Virus record (IMG/VR): IMGVR_UViG_3300025131_000039
Location: 1 to 59,958 of that record
Strand: one strand, 5' to 3'
Length of the DNA: 59,958 nt
Source: a virus
Lineage: Duplodnaviria; Caudoviricetes
Part shown: in pieces, positions 55,213-59,958 of the stretch
Numbering within the stretch: position 1 is the stretch's first letter
Layout of the letters: every line of letters begins with the position of its first letter
The notes under the pieces: generated by a model
Told to the model about the DNA's origin: nothing
What the model saw: the letters and a program-made list of their open reading frames with translations, nothing else
Databases searched by the model: none
Program-made: the position numbers and the translations under genes

Positions 55213-57413
55213 TATCTCATCCCATCAGGTTGCATTGACATACGAATGGAACCCCATTGCCACTTCGTACCTCCTGATTCACAGGATACTCTTACTCTCC
55301 CCTGCCTTCCTCGTGCTCTTAAATCTACTTTACTTGTATTCTTTGATATGGAGAATGGTCCTTTCTCCACCAAATCTGAATCAGGTTGATCTGGAAAATT
55401 CTTTGTCTTTATGGAAAACTTAATTAATCCATCATTCATAGTTAAATCAGGAATGATACGATCAATAAACATTAACTCATTACCATCCTGTATATCAAAG
55501 TCTGCTGACTCCAAAAATGAAGTTGCTGCTTCACCATTTACTGTAAAGATATTTTCAGGTTCGTTATTATATAAGTTATTACCTGCAACACTTACACCTG
55601 TTGTAATTGTATTATCAAAGGTTCCCTTATCTGCAAAGGTAGTAAAGATACCACTACCATAGGTCCAGTAGTTTTCATCAGGCGACCATATAACATAGGA
55701 GTCACACTCATTGGAATCCGTGGAAGGATATAACCATACTATTTCTTTAAATTCTGAATTAACTCCTGCAAATATCTTATCTTTCTGGCTCTCATTTAAT
55801 CTATCAAATATATATCTACGTACTGTACAGTCCAGAGTTCGTACCTGTCCATCAAATACATAGAAGTTATCAAAGCCCATCCATGCAGTACGACCATCAT
55901 AGTCAACGGCTGCATGTGGTGCTATAAGTCCACAACCAGAACCCATCTGTGCAAACTTAAATGTAAATGGTGGACCTACAAATGTCTGTAACCATAGTGC
56001 ATTGTCTGTCCATATATTAATAGCATTTCTAGATCGTACTCCACCTACTATCTTATTACCATCAGTAATTTGTACTTCACCTGAAGTCGAACTAACAGAA
56101 GGAACCCAATTAGTCTGGTCTTCCTGATTAGACCATCGTACTGTCATGGGATCATATGTACCTGATGGTGATGCCGTAGTTCCAAATTGATTAGCTCCAA
56201 GAGCTATGACATGTCTATCATTAGGAGATACCAAGATAGATGCAATCGTTGTAGGTGTGGAGTTTGTAGCTCCAGATACTTTTACTGCTCTTAAAGGAGT
56301 TGTTGATGCATCTGTATCGAATAGATATAGTGTTCCGTTCCTACGATTACATAGTACATCTTCACCCCAATTATCTAAACTCCATTGTGTAATCTGACTT
56401 GAGAAACCTGTAGCCCCTACAGATGTAGGTTTATTATAAGCTCTGCCTGTAGTACCTTGTGGGAATATACGAGCAGTCATATTCAAATTAGAAGTAACAT
56501 CTCCTGATGCACTTGCATTAGCTTTAGCTGTAATAATAATCTGTGTACTTGCTACTGATGTTACAGTAAATAGAGGACCACCTACACTTACTCCACCTAC
56601 ACTAGACTTAGTTAGTATAAGATTACCTCCTACTGTGGCAGCTACAGCATCTATACTTGTAGGCTTAAAGAATACAAAGTCATTGGCAGCAGCATTATGA
56701 GCAGCTCCACAAGAGACAGTGACCAAGGGACTACCAGCATTTGTCGTAACCTTACTTATACCTACAGATGTTGGCTCTGTAGCTGTATACTTGGCAGCAC
56801 CAAATCCTAGACCGGGAGCAGCATTAGATACACCAGTAAAGATAGGATAGTGTACAGTAGCCTGACCTGAACTATTTTGAGCAGCACTGGCAGTTGTAGC
56901 TACTTCTATGGAGAAAGAATTAGTTCCTAGATTAGTAACCTCATATACACTTGTACCTAATATTATATTACCACCTATGGTTACACCACCACTTGGACCT
57001 GATACACTGGTAAAGAAGACATAATCTCCAGTTGCTCGTCCATGTCCAGCAGCCGTAACTGTAACTGTAGTAGCTGATAGAGCTACGGTAAATGCACTTG
57101 TAATAGTAGTTGAAGTAGAAACAGGAGTTATATCTACAAGCCTATCCTGATCATGTTCATACAACTTCTGAGGTGTGCCAAAGATTGCTCTCTTCTGCTG
57201 ATCATAATCTGTATAGGTAAGAAGATCACGAGCAGCACCATCAAACGTAGCAGATACTTTTGTCTCATACCCACGTAGGTTCTCTGGTCTACCAGCTCTA
57301 AACCTTACCCTATCAGCATCATACCAAGAACCTTCCTCTGCATACTGAGTAGATTCCCTTCTAATGCCGGGAGCAAAATTCATCTTTACAAGTTTAGCAT
57401 TTGAAGAAGACAT
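55212..57413 (-). CDS. Tail tubular B / stabilisation (nozzle) protein
   Basis: PGI.R..T.Y..EG.W.D.D.VRFR.G.PE, WSLDNWGED, VRWS.QE, RARGRQ. Confidence 0.75.
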   Translation of the reverse strand: MSSSNAKLVKMNFAPGIRRESTQYAEEGSWYDADRVRFRAGRPENLRGYETKVSATFDGAARDLLTYTDYDQQKRAIFGTPQKLYEHDQDRLVDITPVSTSTTITSAFTVALSATTVTVTAAGHGRATGDYVFFTSVSGPSGGVTIGGNIILGTSVYEVTNLGTNSFSIEVATTASAAQNSSGQATVHYPIFTGVSNAAPGLGFGAAKYTATEPTSVGISKVTTNAGSPLVTVSCGAAHNAAANDFVFFKPTSIDAVAATVGGNLILTKSSVGGVSVGGPLFTVTSVASTQIIITAKANASASGDVTSNLNMTARIFPQGTTGRAYNKPTSVGATGFSSQITQWSLDNWGEDVLCNRRNGTLYLFDTDASTTPLRAVKVSGATNSTPTTIASILVSPNDRHVIALGANQFGTTASPSGTYDPMTVRWSNQEDQTNWVPSVSSTSGEVQITDGNKIVGGVRSRNAINIWTDNALWLQTFVGPPFTFKFAQMGSGCGLIAPHAAVDYDGRTAWMGFDNFYVFDGQVRTLDCTVRRYIFDRLNESQKDKIFAGVNSEFKEIVWLYPSTDSNECDSYVIWSPDENYWTYGSGIFTTFADKGTFDNTITTGVSVAGNNLYNNEPENIFTVNGEAATSFLESADFDIQDGNELMFIDRIIPDLTMNDGLIKFSIKTKNFPDQPDSDLVEKGPFSISKNTSKVDLRARGRQGRVRVSCESGGTKWQWGSIRMSMQPDGMR

Positions 57414-57415
57414 AT

Positions 57416-58339
57416 TTACCTATCAAAGTTCTTTAGAAGTACTGCATCTATTGTTGCACTACTTCGTGCATTAAATACCAGCATATCTACATCAGCAGCA
57501 CCTGTACTTAAACTAGGTACAGAGGCTGATACAAACTGCCAAGCCGTGTTAAAACTTAATGTCCTAGACCCTGTACCATCCTGTACAAAGTATATGTTAC
57601 CACCTTGTCCTACTGTGCATTCAGCAGGTTTCTTCAGTGTTCTATTTCCACCTATAGTAACCAAGAAGTTATTACCCTTGGCAAAGTTTACACTGATACA
57701 TGCTGCATCTGTTACAGTCACTATAGGATTATATACTCTGGCTGATGTTGATATAACAAATGATCCATCACGTATAGTCTTTGTACCTAGTAAGGTTACA
57801 TTACCTGTAGTGGATACTCGTAGATATCGTATGTCAGCAAGAGAAGTATCAGGTATATTAGTAGCACAGACTCCTATATCTGCACTGGCTGCTGTACCTA
57901 GATTAAATCCTTTAGCATTAATAGAGTGTACTGATGTACCATCACATATAACTAATCCTACAGAACCTAGTGGTATATCATATCCATCACCACTGGCTGT
58001 CTTCATCTTCACAATATCAGATGCTGTAGTATTAGCTGATACCTTATTATTAATTACATAGCTCTTTGACTTGGCAGGTATAACTAATGATATAGTATTA
58101 TTGGACCCACCAACTGATCCTTTTAATTCCAAGAAAGCAGAACGAGATTCATCTGCTGCACCTTCGTTCTCTGTTAAGGTAACTGTAGCTGCTGATCCTA
58201 TTGATACTGTTGTATAAGAAGCAATAGCATCGTCTACCAGATCAATGACTTGGTTATTAAGAACAGTTCCCCATGTGTTGGGATTGTCACCATCTCCTTG
58301 TTTTGTTAGTCTTATTCGACTAGTATAACTTGATGCCAT
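57416..58339 (-). CDS. Tail fibre-related protein
   Basis: MASSY...L...G.N..TWG...N N-terminus; C-terminal QDGTGSRTLS domain homologous to 2461-5682. Confidence 0.65.
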   Translation of the reverse strand: MASSYTSRIRLTKQGDGDNPNTWGTVLNNQVIDLVDDAIASYTTVSIGSAATVTLTENEGAADESRSAFLELKGSVGGSNNTISLVIPAKSKSYVINNKVSANTTASDIVKMKTASGDGYDIPLGSVGLVICDGTSVHSINAKGFNLGTAASADIGVCATNIPDTSLADIRYLRVSTTGNVTLLGTKTIRDGSFVISTSARVYNPIVTVTDAACISVNFAKGNNFLVTIGGNRTLKKPAECTVGQGGNIYFVQDGTGSRTLSFNTAWQFVSASVPSLSTGAADVDMLVFNARSSATIDAVLLKNFDR

Positions 58340-58349
58340 TATTCAACTC

Positions 58350-58724
58350 CTACTTAAAGTATGGATTAGTATCATAGGGAATACTCATTTCCCCACCTAT
58401 TAACCCACATGATTTATTATTTGGTTTCGATAAAAGTAATACCCACATACCTTTATATTGATGTATGTATAATTCAGCAAGATCTTCTTCTGTTGTTAAT
58501 CCCCACCAAACTTTCTTTAACTGTAGCCTGTCTGTTAAATCCCTATGAGCAAATTCACTATCGGAACATGGTAGATGCCTTTGAAATAATATACCAAACA
58601 TTTCAGTAGATGGTTGATCTGCTTCAGGTGCTTGACTATATGGTGTACCATTAGCATTGGATGCAAATATAAATCCTATGCCCATTGCTATGATAACTAT
58701 TATAGTCATTAATAAAATTCTCAT
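58350..58724 (-). CDS. Exported/membrane-anchored hypothetical protein
   Basis: N-terminal hydrophobic segment; C...WVLL...SC motif. Confidence 0.55.
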   Translation of the reverse strand: MRILLMTIIVIIAMGIGFIFASNANGTPYSQAPEADQPSTEMFGILFQRHLPCSDSEFAHRDLTDRLQLKKVWWGLTTEEDLAELYIHQYKGMWVLLLSKPNNKSCGLIGGEMSIPYDTNPYFK

Positions 58725-58735
58725 CTATTCATTCC

Positions 58736-59958
58736 TTATAATACTGCTGGAGCTACTGCCACTCCACTCCCACCAAAAGGATGCTTGGCAAAAGCTGCAA
58801 ACATATAAATAATATCATCAGCATTCATTCTATTATCTGTTCCTCTAAGTTTAAAACCATTAGAAAGAAAATCTACTGCAACTGTACTAATAGTTGTTTC
58901 TGCACTATTTTCATTACCTAACATAAACTTTTCTGCTGGATTATATGTATCTCGTGCTCTGTCAAAAATAGTCCAAGGTTCACCATCAGAATGTGATTTA
59001 ATCATTATCATTTCAGGAGTAAAGTCACAGAATGCATACGTACCATCTATTTCCCCATGTCCTGTATAAGTTCCAAACTTAGAAAATCCTGCTACTTCTA
59101 CAAATGCATAAGCTGCATAAGTTCTAGTCGAACCATTAACATTAACATCTGTTCCTAGTGTAAAGGTTGTTGAACTTGCTCCTGTAACATGACCAGCAGA
59201 ACTTTCTGGTGGATCATCATCTGAAAGTTTAAATTTCTCACTATAAACAGAAATACCTGTTTCCCAGTTTGATGCAAGATGATTAGTTCCATTACTACGA
59301 GGAAATACCCATACAGTAGTAGGAGTAACTCCTAAACCATGTCCAACAGTTGCTGCACTTCCTGTTCCAGTATATGTACTAATACTCATTCCAGCCGTTG
59401 TATCTACATACGTTGTTGTTGTATTAATACTACCATCTGTATTAGATGATCCTGAATTACCAGTAGCCCAATTCCATGCCACATACGTTCTACTACTTGT
59501 ATTAATAGTTCCTGTTGACAATTCACTACCATCTCCAAGTGCAAAACCATCGGTATCAAAAGATGTTACAGCATCTGTTACAGCATCTTCTGTATCATTG
59601 TTATTCCAGAAGAGAGCTTTTCCAACTCCTCGTGCTGCATCTTGAAAAACATGATCATCACCATTACTTCTACTCTTTGCCCATACTAAATCTGGTTGCA
59701 TATTAGAATTACCACCAAAAGTAATAGATTGTGTACTACCATTTCCTGTGTACGTAGCTACTTGGAAATTAGTAGATGGGTCTGCAAGATCAGGAGCAGC
59801 TAAGTTAGTTGTATTCAATGCCAAGAAATTAGTAGGAGCACTATACTGCCATTCTTCTTCAGCAAAGTATGCATCAAATACAGCACTTGATTCGTTAGAA
59901 ACTGCTGGACCCCATCCTCCTCCATTAACTAATGTAGAACTTATTGTATAGGCTGCAC
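58736..59958 (-). CDS. 3' part of the LamG/SPRY tail protein begun at 1383
   Basis: YTGNG, PDLVW.K.R, YVAWNW, GHGLG..P, GFSKFG.Y.G, DFLSNGFK.R motifs; same frame across overlap. Confidence 0.75.
   Translation of the reverse strand, partial: AAYTISSTLVNGGGWGPAVSNESSAVFDAYFAEEEWQYSAPTNFLALNTTNLAAPDLADPSTNFQVATYTGNGSTQSITFGGNSNMQPDLVWAKSRSNGDDHVFQDAARGVGKALFWNNNDTEDAVTDAVTSFDTDGFALGDGSELSTGTINTSSRTYVAWNWATGNSGSSNTDGSINTTTTYVDTTAGMSISTYTGTGSAATVGHGLGVTPTTVWVFPRSNGTNHLASNWETGISVYSEKFKLSDDDPPESSAGHVTGASSTTFTLGTDVNVNGSTRTYAAYAFVEVAGFSKFGTYTGHGEIDGTYAFCDFTPEMIMIKSHSDGEPWTIFDRARDTYNPAEKFMLGNENSAETTISTVAVDFLSNGFKLRGTDNRMNADDIIYMFAAFAKHPFGGSGVAVAPAVL
59768..59958. repeat. Terminal overlap copy 2 (matches 1-191)
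   Basis: Direct comparison. Confidence 0.95.

Overview
Apparently near-complete (~59.8 kb, circularly overlapping) genome of a lytic tailed phage, most likely a podovirus of a marine alphaproteobacterial-type host (inference). It has two converging halves. The + strand (18.9-43.4 kb) carries many small early genes, ThyX, a T7-like primase-helicase, family A DNA polymerase, SSB, nucleases, class II RNR, IscA, Hsp20, a glycosyl/methyltransferase cluster, holin and TerS. The - strand (18.4 kb to 1, continuing 59.8 to 43.4 kb) carries TerL, portal, GroES, scaffold, capsid, basic internal proteins, tail/fibre genes, ejection-type proteins and an M15 endolysin. I found no RNA polymerase or integrase gene; sigma70-type promoters are visible for both halves. 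Most notable non-gene signals: (1) a ~232-nt tRNA-mimicking structured RNA candidate (19701-19932) within a hairpin-dense early region; (2) a family of covarying ~50-bp bulged hairpins at gene boundaries of the + strand arm. Other notable features: (3) a cupin/GT/tri-domain Maf-like/methyltransferase glycosylation cluster; (4) a shared 'xGGx[VI]' motif across many putative internal virion proteins; (5) an ArfA-like peptide. All calls come from motif recognition by eye; no searches were run.
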